Source of the DNA: Vermamoeba vermiformis
Lineage: Eukaryota
NCBI GenBank assembly: GCA_045837725.1
Contig: JBEWZL010000056.1
Span: 310,001 to 374,000 of the forward strand
Reading direction: 5' to 3'
DNA: 64,000 nt
A model generated the notes under the pieces. That model had not been told where the DNA came from. It did no database searches and saw only the letters and a program-made list of their open reading frames with translations. How positions within the stretch are numbered: the stretch's first letter is position 1; each line of letters starts with the position of its first letter. Below, one piece after another: positions 13,051 to 25,116 of the stretch. The position numbers and the translations under genes were made by a program.

Positions 13051-16000
13051 CTAAGATCCACGGCTTTGCTTGAAGAAAGTCTAATTAATAATATTACGGT
13101 CAGTAAATAGGCAGAGATAGTTAAATACCACACACCCTTAAATAATTTCTGAAGTCGTTGATGGAAGCGGACTTCAGCGAGTTTAAATACGTAGCAGCAG
13201 CTTCGGGGGTCATTTTGAGTGAAGGCAACAGCACCGTCATCATAAAGTTCGTGAACTCTTCGCCGCACACTGTCTGCACGGATTTTTGCAAAGAAATGAT
13301 CTCTGAGAGCACTGTGAGCGAGGTGCCGTCCTCGAGATTGAAGCGCGGTGAGAGCGGCACTTCAAAGCAGGCCTTGATGACGTGCTGCAAGATGAAGGCA
13401 TTGAAGCCTTGCAAGCTGCCTGGCTGTGTGCCACCCAACTTCTCGCTCAACAGCCGCAGAATGGTGAAGCAGCGCCGTTGTGTCTAACGAACAGCATCAG
13501 TACCACACCCGCAGCACATCGCAAGCACTTACCGTGGGTTCAGTCCAGTACGTGCAGCCTGCGAGCACGAGTTTGAGCACTTGTTCGAAGCGCGGCATGT
13601 GTGCTGCGAGAGGTGTGAGTGCACTGACAGTACTGCAGGGGTCGTGGCACTTACCTGGAGTGACGAGCACGGGCAGCAGTTTGTGTTCGCAGACGGAGGA
13701 CAAGAAGTAGTAGTAGGTCTTCTTGAGCTCATTCAACTCGCGCTCGTCTTCGCTGCCAGGGGTCACTTGGCTCTCGTGGGCCAGTGCGGAGGTGACGCGA
13801 TCGCAGAGGGGCAAGTAGAGTGCTGAGACCACATCGAGCATCTTGTCTTCGAAGGTGTCGTTCAGCTGCGCGACGAGCACGATGAATTCTACGAACTGCG
13901 GCACATTCTGCAGGTGCGTGAGGAGCCGTGGCACGAACATATTGAGATAGGGCAGCAATTGGGCCCCGAGACACTCCACCATGCGATGAAAGAAGAAGAT
14001 GACTTGCTTGAATATCTCTGCGTTGTTGGGCAGCTGTTCGTAGGTCTTGATCACCACTTCTGTCGCTTTCTTCCACAGATCAGCGACTGGGGGTTGGATT
14101 TGCTTCGACGGAAAACCTGCGTGCAAAGTGAGCATATGAGACTAGGGATTTGGCACGCATACCTTTACTAAATGTGCCAATGGACTGAATGAGATTGGCG
14201 AGCAATATTAAGTGTCGGGGGTTGTTGGGCGGATCTTGTTTGTAGAGCTGTTTGGTCACTATTTCTTCAATGCGTTGGAGCGAGGGACTGACGAGGTACT
14301 GCACACGTGTGAGACTGAGTGCGACATGTGCATTGAACACTTACCAGCAGCGACTGTTGTTGCAAGGCGACGTCTTGACTAGATCCAACGAGCTTGCTGA
14401 CCGCTTCGAACAGATCCAGCTTGTCCTCCAGTCTGTAGTCGAGGGTGGGCTGATCAAACTGGAACAGATCTTTGAGGTTGTTGATGATCATCGCCGTGAA
14501 TGTCGCGAGGTGTGGCAGCAGATTGGCCACAAAGTTCTTGAACAGATAGCAGTGCCGTGCGCGCGCTGAGGGCAGTGGTGAGCGGATGCCACTCTGCGGC
14601 GACAAGAAGGCCGCCAATATCGCACCGATCAGCTGTTGGTGCTCGGGCGAGGCAGGCTGCGAGGCCAAGATGCGACTGCAGCGCGACACAATCTCAAAGT
14701 ACTGCGTGGCCACGGTGCGCTGCGTGAGCTGATCGACGTGGTGCTCGGTGAGTGTGGCGATGACTTGCATGAAGAACTTGCTGTTGTTCTTGAGCACTTC
14801 GGGCTGCAGTGCCTCGGCCATGAGATAGAACATGTTCAACAGTCCAGCCAGCTCACTCTGCGCCTTGTGACCGTCATTCAAGCTGCTCATGCGAATCAGT
14901 TCTGGCAGCTGCGGCATCAGTTGTATAATGTACTGCGCCACCAGTTCAGGCTCCAGCTGCGTGATGCTCTTGAACATCTTGCTCAGCTCTTTCTTGAACT
15001 CGGCCCACTCGCGCAGCTCATCGTCGCTCAGCTCACCGTGCAGCGGAATGTTCGCACTGCTCGCACTCAGACCCGTGGTCAGCAGATCATCTTCGCTCCA
15101 CTTTTGGTGCAGCACGCGCAGCAGTTCACCGAGACGTGTCACGTGTTGTTGTGCGTATCCACCGTCACGCTTCAATCGTCGCAAACAGGCCACCCACTGC
15201 GTGCAGAGCTCAGCGACTGTAGCTGCCGCAACGTCAGTGCGCGCGAGGTGTCGGATGCAGAGCCGCGAGATGTGATCGAGTGCGAGATTGACTGCGGGTG
15301 TGTAGCCGAGTGTCTCGTGACAGCGCAGCACTTCTTCGCCCAGTCCGTTGATCAGTTCGCCGAGCTTGCATTGCAGTTCTTCGTCGTTCTGTGAAACAAA
15401 TGTCAGTCAGTGTCAACGTGTCACAACGTGTCACTCACAATGCCAAATAAGGACTCGATCAGTTCAGTGATGCGCAGCTGTTCAATCAGCGTCAGTTTGA
15501 CAGTCACGTCCATGCCCTTGGCAATGATCTCGTGATAGCAGTCCAGCACGTGCTCGCGATACGAGTCCACGCCCAAGTACTGCACGAAGAGCGGAATAAA
15601 TTTGTCATTCACCACGAGCCCAATGTCAATCCAACTGATGTACGGACGCATGGTCGCGAGACAATTCTTCACCACATCGCGTCGATCGATCGCGTGAAAT
15701 TGCACGAGAATGGCGTACCACAGTCCGGTAATCTCTTTGATCACGTGCTCGCGCATGCTGTCTTTCTACAATTGGACCAATGGCAGTCAGTCAATGAAAT
15801 TTCCCAGCACGTGACACTTACGATAGCAGCGTTGTGCGCGAGTTCAGCGGTGGAGCGCGGCACATCACGCGCCACGACCTCTTGATCGATGGCCTGCAAC
15901 ACGAGCAGCCACAGCGGCACTCCTGCACGCGTGTTAGTGTCCCTGTGCGAGTGTATGTAGCGCGACTGTAATGTGACTGTACCTGCGGGGTTCTGTGTCG

Positions 16001-16662
16001 TGCCAGGTGCCAGGCCGAGTGCAGTCCACAATTCACTGAAAAACTGTGGCCAGGCAGCAGGGTACTCGTGCTTGAAGACGAGCACCAAGACCTGCGCGTA
16101 CTTGTTGCGAATGGGCTGCAGCGTGGGCGTGGCACTCTGTTTGAGCAGCACTTGGTCCAAGTAGCGCATCAGTCCCGTGCGCAGCTTGACTCGATCTGCC
16201 TCCGAGAGCGTCAAATATCTGTGTCAAGGTCAGTCACTGCACTGCACTTCATGCGCGGCGTGGTGATGAGCTGCATAGTAGTGCTGTGGTAGCGGTACAA
16301 TAACGAATTTCACGCCTAGAACGCATCACAACGCAGCTGTTTCCGCAAAAATTCACAGATTTAATTTAATTACAGCTAATTATAATTGTTATTATTTAAA
16401 AATTGTTGATAAAATTGCTGTAATTTTTTGTACTATTTTCTAGTGTTAATAAAGCTTACTTGTGCAGCACAACATTTTGGATGACACCCAAACAATAAAA
16501 TGCAACCTCCATTACAGTAGTTTTGAACATCTTCTCCAAACACAAGCTCCATCCATCTGCGGAGTTCTCGAGATTCTCACAAAAAGCTCGAGCTGCATTC
16601 CGAATAGCGGGATCCAATGCTGGATTCAGCTCGCACAGCACTGCACGTTCTATGTCATCCAT
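13051..16662 (-). CDS. XPOT: Exportin-T (tRNA exportin, Los1 family)
   Basis: MDDIERAV...A.AFCENL, IRNKYAQVLVLVFKHEYPAAWPQFF, and YISWIDIGLVVND motifs. HEAT-repeat protein split by several introns. Confidence 0.88.
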
Positions 16663-16799
16663 TTCAGCGTATTATGATACAGTGCAATATAAGAGTGATA
16701 ATTGGTGGCTAGTGTACTATTGTGCCATTGATAGAGCCGACAAAAATAAAGTCAGATCAGATCTGCATTTATTGTTATTTTTTTTTAACTGAACACACC

Positions 16800-18548
16800 A
16801 TGAAGCGCGCAGCAGAAGACGATGTGAAGATAGAAGACATTGTCGACGAACATACCGACACTACTGACAGCGCACCACAGCTCAAAAAAGCGCGTCGTAC
16901 TTGTCCCTACCTCGACACCATCCACAGAAACTTGTTGGATTTTGACTTTGAGAAAGTCTGCTCCGTGTCACTCACCAATCTGAATGTATATGCATGTCTA
17001 GTGTGCGGCAAATACTTCCAGGGCCGCGGACGAGGTTCACACGCCTACATCCACAGCCTCGAAGTCAATCACCACGTCTACATTCACTTGTTCACCAACA
17101 AAATTTATTGCTTGCCAGATGATTATGAAGTCGTAGACTCATCGTTGGATGACATCAAGGTGCGTGTTGCAATTTGTGTTAATTTTTAAATTATTTTTTG
17201 ATTATTCGCTGCCGAAGTTAGGCCGCGCAGTAAAATTCACTATGGAGCGCTTATTTGACGCACTTGTAGCGTGCATTGTAATTAACCATACCTGTTAGCG
17301 CGCACTGAACACGACGTACACCAAAGAAGAGATAGCCCAGCTCGATCGACAACAGCGGATTGGCCGCACCTTAGATGGGCGAGGGTGGGTCGCAGGAGTG
17401 ATAGGACTGAATCCTATGGCGACTGGTCAGGCCACGCTCAACGACTACTTCAACGTCGTGTTCCAAGCACTCGCGCACGTGCCGCAACTGCGCGACTACT
17501 TCCTGTGGCCCGAGCACTATCAGCACTGCAAGTCCGAGCTCGTGCATCGCTTTGGCATCTTGGTGCGCAAGCTGTGGAGTCCGCACAACTATCGCAATCT
17601 CGTCACCCCGCACGAACTGCTGCAGGAAGTGACGCTGCGCTCCGAGAAGAAGTTCAAGATTGGCAGCAAGGGCGATCCACTCGAGTTCTTGTCGTGGTTC
17701 TTGAACACGCTGCACGCTGATCTCACCGACAAGAAGCGCGGCAGATCGGTCATTCACGACTGCTTTCAGGGACACGTGCACGTCACCACGGAGCGCGAAC
17801 AGCTCGTGGAGGTGCCCGAGAGTGGAGCGAGGGAGGGTGCGAGTGCTGAGGGCAGCGAGGGCAAGAAGAAGCGACGGCGTGTGAAGCAGAATGTGGTGAC
17901 TGCGCGCGATACACCCTTCTTGTACCTCAGTCTCGATGTACCGCCGCCACCCCTCTTCAAAGGTAGGCAGTGCAGTGTAGTTCTGTGACTAATATGTACG
18001 CCTATATTAACCACCACGATGCAGATGAGGCAGAGCGGAACATTATACCCCAAGAGCCGATCTTCACGCTGCTCAACAAATTCAACGGCAGCACGGTGCA
18101 GTACATTGCAGCGACGAATGAGAAGAAGAAGTATCAACTGACCTCGCTGCCCAAGTACATTATATTTGCCATCAAACGATTCACCAACAACGCCTTCTTC
18201 ATGGAGAAGAATCCGACCATTGTCAACTTCCCGATCAAGAACTTGGATCTCGCTGATTGTACGTACAATGAATGATGTTGAGACCTCGCTAACATATCGT
18301 ATTATGATGCAGATGTGCAGTTTGGCGATGAGAAGACGAGCACCAAGTACGATCTCGTTGCGAACATTCGACACGAGGGTCAGACGAAGAAGCCGAGTGA
18401 AGGCAGCTATGCCGTGCACATCTATCACAAGGCCAATGATCAGTGGTACAATATACAAGACACTAGAGTCGAAGAGGTCATGCCTGCACTCATCGTACTC
18501 TCTGAGGCCTACATCCAGATCTACGAGCGGAATGACGCGCCTGCGTGA
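16800..18548 (+). CDS. USP39: U4/U6.U5 tri-snRNP-associated protein 2 (USP39/Sad1)
   Basis: ZnF-UBP motif CPYLDTIHRNLLDFDFEKVCSVSLTNLNVYACLVCGKYFQGRG, NDYFNVVFQAL, EKNPTIVNFP, and LSEAYIQIYER. Confidence 0.96.
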
Positions 18549-18633
18549 GAAGAATAAAGCAACAATATGTACATATATCAGTCACATTTATGTAGTATTA
18601 TATTACAAGGGTAGGTGAGGGCAGATCCGTCGC

Positions 18634-19151
18634 TTATCGTTTCTTAAAGCCGTACTTCTTGCGCTCGTAGAACAAATCCGTTTTGCTGCTGCCCAAGTTG
18701 ACAATCTTCGGACACCCATCGCGATCCTTCTCCTGCACTGTGCACTCCTTGCAGTAGTACGCGTCTGAGATGCCTGGACCACCGCAGATCACGCACCGGC
18801 CTGCATTGGAGCCGTAGTTGCATTCATCGCACACACGCACGAGTGTGCACGGTCGTACATAACTGTCACATATAACGCACTTGCCGTCACACTTCTCGCA
18901 CAAACGACCAATAGAAATGCCTGGCTGCTTGCGGCACATAATCAGATCCGGATCTGTGTTTAAAAAAATTAGCAAAATAATTACAAAATAATGTATAATA
19001 TTTTTACGTCATAACTATTATAAAAAGGCGATTAAATATTATTATTGTAATTTTGGAATTTTTCAGAGTAAGAATAATTTGTTGCACCATAACTGCCTTG
19101 TTTAGACCAACGTGTGTAAATATGAAATTAACACTCACGATGTTTGGCCAT
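18634..19151 (-). CDS. PHF5A: PHD finger-like domain protein 5A (SF3b14b/Rds3)
   Basis: Spliced [39 protein letters not shown]...[31 protein letters not shown]. Confidence 0.98.
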
Positions 19152-19435
19152 AGTTGTGGTGGTGCAGCGCTTCACTAAGTTGTAACACTCGGTAAACTGC
19201 TAAGAGGGAGCAATGCTTTTTTTCAGGTCATATCGCTAGCATCGCAGGTGAGATTTTGATTGGCCGGTGAAAACACGCGTGTCTGTTCGTTGAAGATTTG
19301 TTTTACAACGCCTGCACTATAGCACCTCAATAGGGCCTTGTCATTGCATTAATTTTGTTTGGATCTGTCTTTAGACTCGTTCACTAACCACCGGATCATC
19401 ACCAGCCAGCAATATTAATTTTAAAATTATCAATA

Positions 19436-20740
19436 ATGCTGAAGAAAGCAATTACTACCTGCATATCGACTATCAGTCGCAATAAAACACTGGTCAGGCC
19501 ATTTGTGAAAGGTCAGATCCGCCACAGCAGCAGTCCTGTGTGGAAACAAGTGTGGGGCGAGCAATTGAAGGGCATTGAAGCCGCGAATACGTACAAGCGT
19601 GAGCGCATCATCGTCACGCCACAGACGACTGAGATCCGCGTGGCAGGCTCAGACAAGCCCGTGCTCAACTTCTGCGCGAACAACTACCTCGGTCTGAGCG
19701 ACAATGCAGAGCTGATCAGTGCAGCCAAACACACCCTCGACACGCACGGCTTTGGATTGAGTTCGGTGCGCTTCATCTGCGGCACGCAAGATATCCACAA
19801 GCAACTCGAGCGCACCGTGTCACAATTTCACGGCACGCAAGACACGATTCTGTACGGCAGTTGTTTCGATGCGAATGGTGGCATATTCGAGGCACTGCTC
19901 ACACCTGAAGACGCGCTCTTCTCGGACAGTCTCAATCACGCGAGCATCATTGACGGCATTCGACTCTGCAAGGCACAGAAGTACGTCTACAAGCACCTGG
20001 ATCTGACGGACCTCGAGACCAAGCTGAGCGAGGCGTGCAAGCAAGACAAGCCCCCGCGCATCAAGATGATCGTCACTGACGGTGCATTCAGCATGGACGG
20101 TGATCTCGCGCCCGTGGACAAGTTGGTGGCCCTCGCGCAGAAGTACGATGCGCTGCTATTTTTAGACGAGTGCCACACGACTGGCTTCATCGGCAAGACT
20201 GGTCGCGGCACTCCCGAGCACTTCAACATCAAGTCGATGACACAGCCGCCCATCATCATCAACAGCACACTCGGCAAGGCACTCGGTGGTGCTACTGGTG
20301 GCTACACGACTGGACCGCAAGAGGCCATTGATCTGCTGCGACAGCGCTCGCGACCCTATCTGTTCAGCAACTCGCTGGCCCCTGCCATTGTCGGTGCGAG
20401 TCTGAAGATGTTTGACATGCTCAACACCACCACGCACTTGCGCGATGTGCTGGAGCGCAACACGCAGCACTTCAGAACTGCCATGACCAAGCTGGGCTTC
20501 ACGCTCAAGGGTGAAGTGCATCCCATTGCACCAGTCATGCTCGGGGACGCTGGACTGGCCACGACTTTTGCGAATGAGATGCTGCACGAGGGCATCTACG
20601 TGATTGGCTTCTCATTCCCCGTCGTGCCGCGCGGTGAGGCTCGCATTCGCGTGCAACTGTCAGCAGCGCACACCCCGCAACAGATTGACAAGGCCATCAG
20701 TGCCTTTGAGAAGATTGGTCGCAAGTTGAAGGTGATTTAA
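19436..20740 (+). CDS. GCAT: 2-amino-3-ketobutyrate CoA ligase (glycine C-acetyltransferase), predicted mitochondrial, intronless
   Basis: NFCANNYLGLS, SSVRFICGTQDIHKQLE, LNHASIIDGIRLCKA, TLGKALGGATGGY (PLP Lys) and ARIRVQLSAAH. Basic/hydroxylated N-terminal presequence. Confidence 0.95.
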   Translation: MLKKAITTCISTISRNKTLVRPFVKGQIRHSSSPVWKQVWGEQLKGIEAANTYKRERIIVTPQTTEIRVAGSDKPVLNFCANNYLGLSDNAELISAAKHTLDTHGFGLSSVRFICGTQDIHKQLERTVSQFHGTQDTILYGSCFDANGGIFEALLTPEDALFSDSLNHASIIDGIRLCKAQKYVYKHLDLTDLETKLSEACKQDKPPRIKMIVTDGAFSMDGDLAPVDKLVALAQKYDALLFLDECHTTGFIGKTGRGTPEHFNIKSMTQPPIIINSTLGKALGGATGGYTTGPQEAIDLLRQRSRPYLFSNSLAPAIVGASLKMFDMLNTTTHLRDVLERNTQHFRTAMTKLGFTLKGEVHPIAPVMLGDAGLATTFANEMLHEGIYVIGFSFPVVPRGEARIRVQLSAAHTPQQIDKAISAFEKIGRKLKVI

Positions 20741-20836
20741 CGGCGCACTATTATCGATGTATGAGGTGTGATATGCATGTAAACACGTATGTGATCGACA
20801 CGCGTTCATTTAATGCCTGTATATATGTACAATGCG

Positions 20837-21798
20837 TTACTTGTGCTGTGCTTTGAAGCCCCGCGCATAGGCGTGGTTCTTGTACAGCGCCAACAACTGT
20901 TCCGCGCGCTGTTGAAAGGACTGCACGAGCTGCTGTTCCTGTGCCGCACTCAGCTCGAGCTGCACATCCTCGCGCACTGCACGCACGGCCATGCTCGCGA
21001 GCAGTTGTGTCACGTGCGCCGTGTCGTCCAGCTCACTGTGCACACTGCGCGCACTCACTGCGGGGGCTGCAGGGGTGACAGGGGTGACAGGGGTGGCAGC
21101 AGCAGCGCTCTTAGTGCCGCTCTTGGCAGGGGCAGCGACCTCCACGCCAATCTGAAAGCAGATCTCGAACTCACTCTTCTGCGGCCGATGATTGACGCGC
21201 AACACCTTGAGACCCTTCAAGGGCCCAGTGCTCTTTAAGTACTCGCCAGTGACGCAGTTGACATTCCAGTCCTTGATCTCGAGCACATTCAGCTCGGTGA
21301 CGTGTGCTGGCACGCCGAACTTGTCGTAGAGGTACGTGTTGTTGACTGGTGCTGCGGTGTACTTGGCTTCAGCTGCTTCGCGCGACATTTTGGTGATTTC
21401 AATCGGCAAGTCCTCGCGTATCTTCGCATTCGCGAGCTCTTCAATCTCTTGCAGCTTGTCTTTGCTGGGGGGCTCAGCGGCTGTGTACTCGACCACTAAG
21501 CGACCTGCATCCAGCGTGTCAATTTAATTGGGCATGTATTTGCAGTGAAATGAACAAGTATTCGCGTCAGCATATTTTAAAAATTATTATACTTTGTTAT
21601 TGAATTTATTTTCGCTTTTTCAGATCCGAGATCTGGACAGTTACCTTTGTCTTTAGCGTCATATTTAGTCGTAGTAGTCATGGGTGTATTAAGTACTTTG
21701 ACCATGGCTCCTTTGAGTACATGCAGTGCAGATGCAACTTCAGCACTGCGAAGTCGGTCGCGACTCGAAGCAGCTCCCTTCTGTTCAGTCTCGGCCAT
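20837..21798 (-). CDS. AlaX-S-like freestanding tRNA editing domain protein (AlaRS/ThrRS editing fold) with C-terminal extension
   Basis: Spliced across intron 21505-21644: SALHVLKGAMVKVL...KGRLVVEY...PSKDKLQEIEELANAKIREDLPI...REAAEAKY...YDKFGVP...LNVLEIKDWNVNC...KSTG. This closely parallels archaeal AlaX-S (SALHVVKGAVVKVL...DWNVNAC). Confidence 0.8.
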
Positions 21799-22003
21799 TG
21801 CGCACTATTGTTTGATGACACTGCACTGGTAAGTAATATCTCTTCAGACTAGTCTTGCAAGCCAATCAAACAGCTCTACCAGGGTTCAGAAATCCAGGGT
21901 GCGGTTGATTTTTGAACGGGCGCACATCTGCATTGCACTGCTCAGCGCACGCAGTTCGACCACGAATCAGGTCTATTCATCATCTTGTATTATTAACACT
22001 ACA

Positions 22004-23047
22004 ATGCTTGCTCTGACACGCGCACTCGCTCGGGCAGTACCCAGAAGAGCTGATCGGTTAGTGCGCACTCAGTCCCGTCGCGCACACAGCCAGTCTGCAC
22101 CGCGCATCTTGGTCACTGGCAGCTTGGGTCAGATTGGCAGCGAATTGGTGCGCGAGCTGCGCAATAAATACGGCAGAGACAACGTGATCGCCACCGATAT
22201 CCGCAAGCCTAGCGAAGAGTTCCGCGCTGAAGGACCATTTCACTTCTTAAATATCGAAGACGAAGTAACACTCGAGAGATTAGTGGTAGAAAAAGACATT
22301 ACGTGGATGGTGCATCTCGGCGCCTTATTGAGTGCAACGGGCGAGAAGAATCTTGATCGCGCGCTCAAAGTGCTCATTCGCGGCAGTGAGACCGTGCTGC
22401 AGGTCTGCGAGCGACACAAGGTGCGTGTATTCGCGCCGTCCTCGATTGCTGCGTTCGGACCTCAAACACCGCTAGATCCGACACCAGATCTCACCATTCA
22501 ACGTCCTCGCACAGTCTATGGTGTAGGCAAGGTATATCTCGAGCTGCTCGGCGAATACTTGCACTACAGTCGTGGTTTGGACTTCCGTTCACTGCGCTTC
22601 CCCGGCATCTTGTCCTACAAAACACCGCCCGGTGGTGGCACTACTGACTACGCGATTGAGATGTATCACGAAGCGATCAACAAGGGCTCGTACGACTCAT
22701 TTGTGTCTGCAGGCGTGCGTCTGCCCATGATGTACATGCCCGACTGCTTGCACGCCACCATGTCGCTGCTCGAGGCCCCCAATGACCAGCTCACCCTGCG
22801 CACCTACAACGTCGCTGCATTCTCCTTCGCACCCGAGGAACTCGCCAAGGAGATTGCGCGCGTGCACCCTGGCTTCAAGTTGGGCTTCAAGCCTGACTTC
22901 CGCGACGGCATTGCGCGCTCGTGGCCCCGCGTGTTGGATGACTCGCAAGCCCGCGCAGACTGGCAGTGGCGTCCCAAGTGGAACTTGAGTGCGATGAGCG
23001 ACGACATGTACCGCAACATTAAGACACTCTTCTTCCCGCACAAGTGA
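22004..23047 (+). CDS. TDH: L-threonine 3-dehydrogenase (SDR/GalE-like type), predicted mitochondrial, intronless
   Basis: ILVTGSLGQIG, PSSIAAFGP, RPRTVYGVGK, DFRSLRFPG, PGGGTTDYA and LPMMYMPD motifs. Arg-rich presequence from ATG 22004. Confidence 0.92.
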   Translation: MLALTRALARAVPRRADRLVRTQSRRAHSQSAPRILVTGSLGQIGSELVRELRNKYGRDNVIATDIRKPSEEFRAEGPFHFLNIEDEVTLERLVVEKDITWMVHLGALLSATGEKNLDRALKVLIRGSETVLQVCERHKVRVFAPSSIAAFGPQTPLDPTPDLTIQRPRTVYGVGKVYLELLGEYLHYSRGLDFRSLRFPGILSYKTPPGGGTTDYAIEMYHEAINKGSYDSFVSAGVRLPMMYMPDCLHATMSLLEAPNDQLTLRTYNVAAFSFAPEELAKEIARVHPGFKLGFKPDFRDGIARSWPRVLDDSQARADWQWRPKWNLSAMSDDMYRNIKTLFFPHK

Positions 23048-23179
23048 GCGGCAATAAATATATATATGAACACTTCAATACAACAGTGTGATGTTTACTG
23101 CGCGGCAAACAAGTACTGTGGTGCACTGCACGCACGAACTAATGTACGAGCCTATGAAGGGGTTGTAGCGACACGACTA

Positions 23180-24245
23180 CTACACATCGACGATGGCAGT
23201 GGCAGGACGATAGCGCGGGTTGTTGCAGTAGTCCACAATCGCTTGGTCAAAGTTGTTCTTCTTGGTCGCATCTTGAATCAAGTCGCTGATTGGTGCGAGT
23301 TGTGAGCGCACAGGAATGAGCGCGTGTTGCTTGCTAATGGTGGGCACCCACTTCTGATAGCCCTCGAGCTCAAACACGAAGGGATCACCGCCGAGCACGA
23401 TGTGGGTGGTGTTGCTGTCTTGAATGAACTCGGTGGTCACCTTGGTGTTGTTGGAGGTGAGCGTGGAGGAGACGTTGAACTTGAAGAGCTGCGCGCCCAA
23501 GTTGAAGGTGAGCTGATCGGTGACCCACTGCGAGTCGTGCTTGGTGAACAACTTGCTGTCGAAGATGGTGGTGAAGTTGTTGCGACCTCCGTACTGGTTG
23601 TCCACAAAGAAGTGCGTGCCGTAGCGGTCAATCAACTTCCTGAGCAACGGCATTGGTACGGCGATTGCGTACAACATTGCGTGGTACTTACATGTATGCT
23701 TCGGCATTGTATTCGCTGGGCAACTTTTCAATTTCCGCTTTGAATCTGGGGTGGAGCGAAACTTCGTCGATCGGGTACATATTCAATCTGAAGGTCAAGA
23801 AGTCGTTGTTGACTGTGGCAAAGTTGGAGTTGTTTTCATTCAACATCTTGGACACATCTCCCTTTGTCTTGGAAAGCGCTCCGTCCAACTTAATTTTGCC
23901 CTTCAAAAGTGTGGCGGATGCGCCAAACTTGGTCGTGCTAATGTAGCTCTGGATGAACTGAGAAGTGCTCTTCATGACTTGGAACGAGGAGTCAGCGAAG
24001 AATTGAGGAGTGCGGGCAAAGAACAACTCGTCAGGGATTTGGTATCTAACACCGTTGAGGGTGTCGGTCTGCGCGAGGTCGTAGTGCCACGCAACCAGAG
24101 GGAGTTTAAGGCGTTCGTTGACGACATCATAGCCGAGACCAACTCCTTGTCCGCAGATTTCGAGGATTGAAGGAGTATCAGCAGCGAGTGTAACCGCCGC
24201 TACTGCACATAAGAGTACAACGCTGAACCAACGTAAGATGGCCAT
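23180..24245 (-). CDS. Secreted MACPF (perforin-like) domain protein
   Basis: Signal peptide MAILRWFSVVLLCAVAAVTLA, VGLGYDVV, and MACPF signature YGTHFFVDNQYGG after a ~50-nt intron near 23640-23691. GGDP near the C-terminus. Confidence 0.85.
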
Positions 24246-24434
24246 AGTGCTTCGGTATATATGGTGCACTGATCTTTGAGTGAAAAGAGAGTGCTTTGAA
24301 TTTTTTGGTACAAAAAGTGGAGCACGTGATGTCCGACAAATTGGACCAATCCCCTGCGAGCAAGGCAAGAACTTTCTATGTCTTAAGCCGCTTGACGTCA
24401 AGTCACGGAAGTTATTATGAATACTTATGCATAT

Positions 24435-24965
24435 TTATTTTGTCATTGAAGGCAGCTCTCTCGGTTTCTTTGTACCTGTATTGATGGTAACACCGTGGAT
24501 CTGAGGCATGTCGTCCTTCAACACGCTATTCACCATTTTGTGCTATACATTGTTAGTACAACTATCGGTATTGTGTTCGCTAGCTGTAGTTACCTGTTCG
24601 AGCAAGTTCTTTCCTTCAAATTGCTTGGAGATCACGGTGATATGAAAGAAGCTTCCGTCGCCACCTATATGAAGTTAACGTTAATATTACAACGATGTAG
24701 CGAGGCACGGGTTAATTAAGCGCAAAATCAAATTGATAGGAAACGACATCTTGGATCGAGCTCGTTGGCCCAAGGACTACGTACGCGCATCATCGACGTC
24801 AATGAGCTCGTGTTCGGGGAATTTAGCGCGCAATTTGTCCGACAACTGCTGCGCACTGACCTGCACGACACGCGACTGACTGAACAGGGCACGCAACGGC
24901 CTGCTGGGCGCTGTGCGGTGCAGTGTCAATGTGCGTCGTGTAGTGCGCCACAAGTGTTGCAACAT
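24435..24965 (-). CDS. BolA-family protein, predicted mitochondrial
   Basis: Spliced MLQHLWRTTRR...KLRAKFP...IDVDDAR|GGDGSFFHITVISKQFEGKNLLEQ|HKMVNSVLKDDMPQIHGVTINT. Confidence 0.85.
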
Positions 24966-25116
24966 TGTTGTGGTTGTGTTGGTGTTAGATGAATTGAAAT
25001 AAAGTGTTCTCGGCTGAAAGTTGAAATTAATCATCTTGTTCGGATCTACTTGACAGTGCACTACACGAGACACGTAGAATAGGGACGGGTGTACCTGTGA
25101 GGTTATACGGGACAAA

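Noticed and set aside
17430-17470. USP39 lacks the catalytic Cys (NDYFN)
   Set aside because: Known property of USP39/Sad1 pseudo-deubiquitinases, so not novel.
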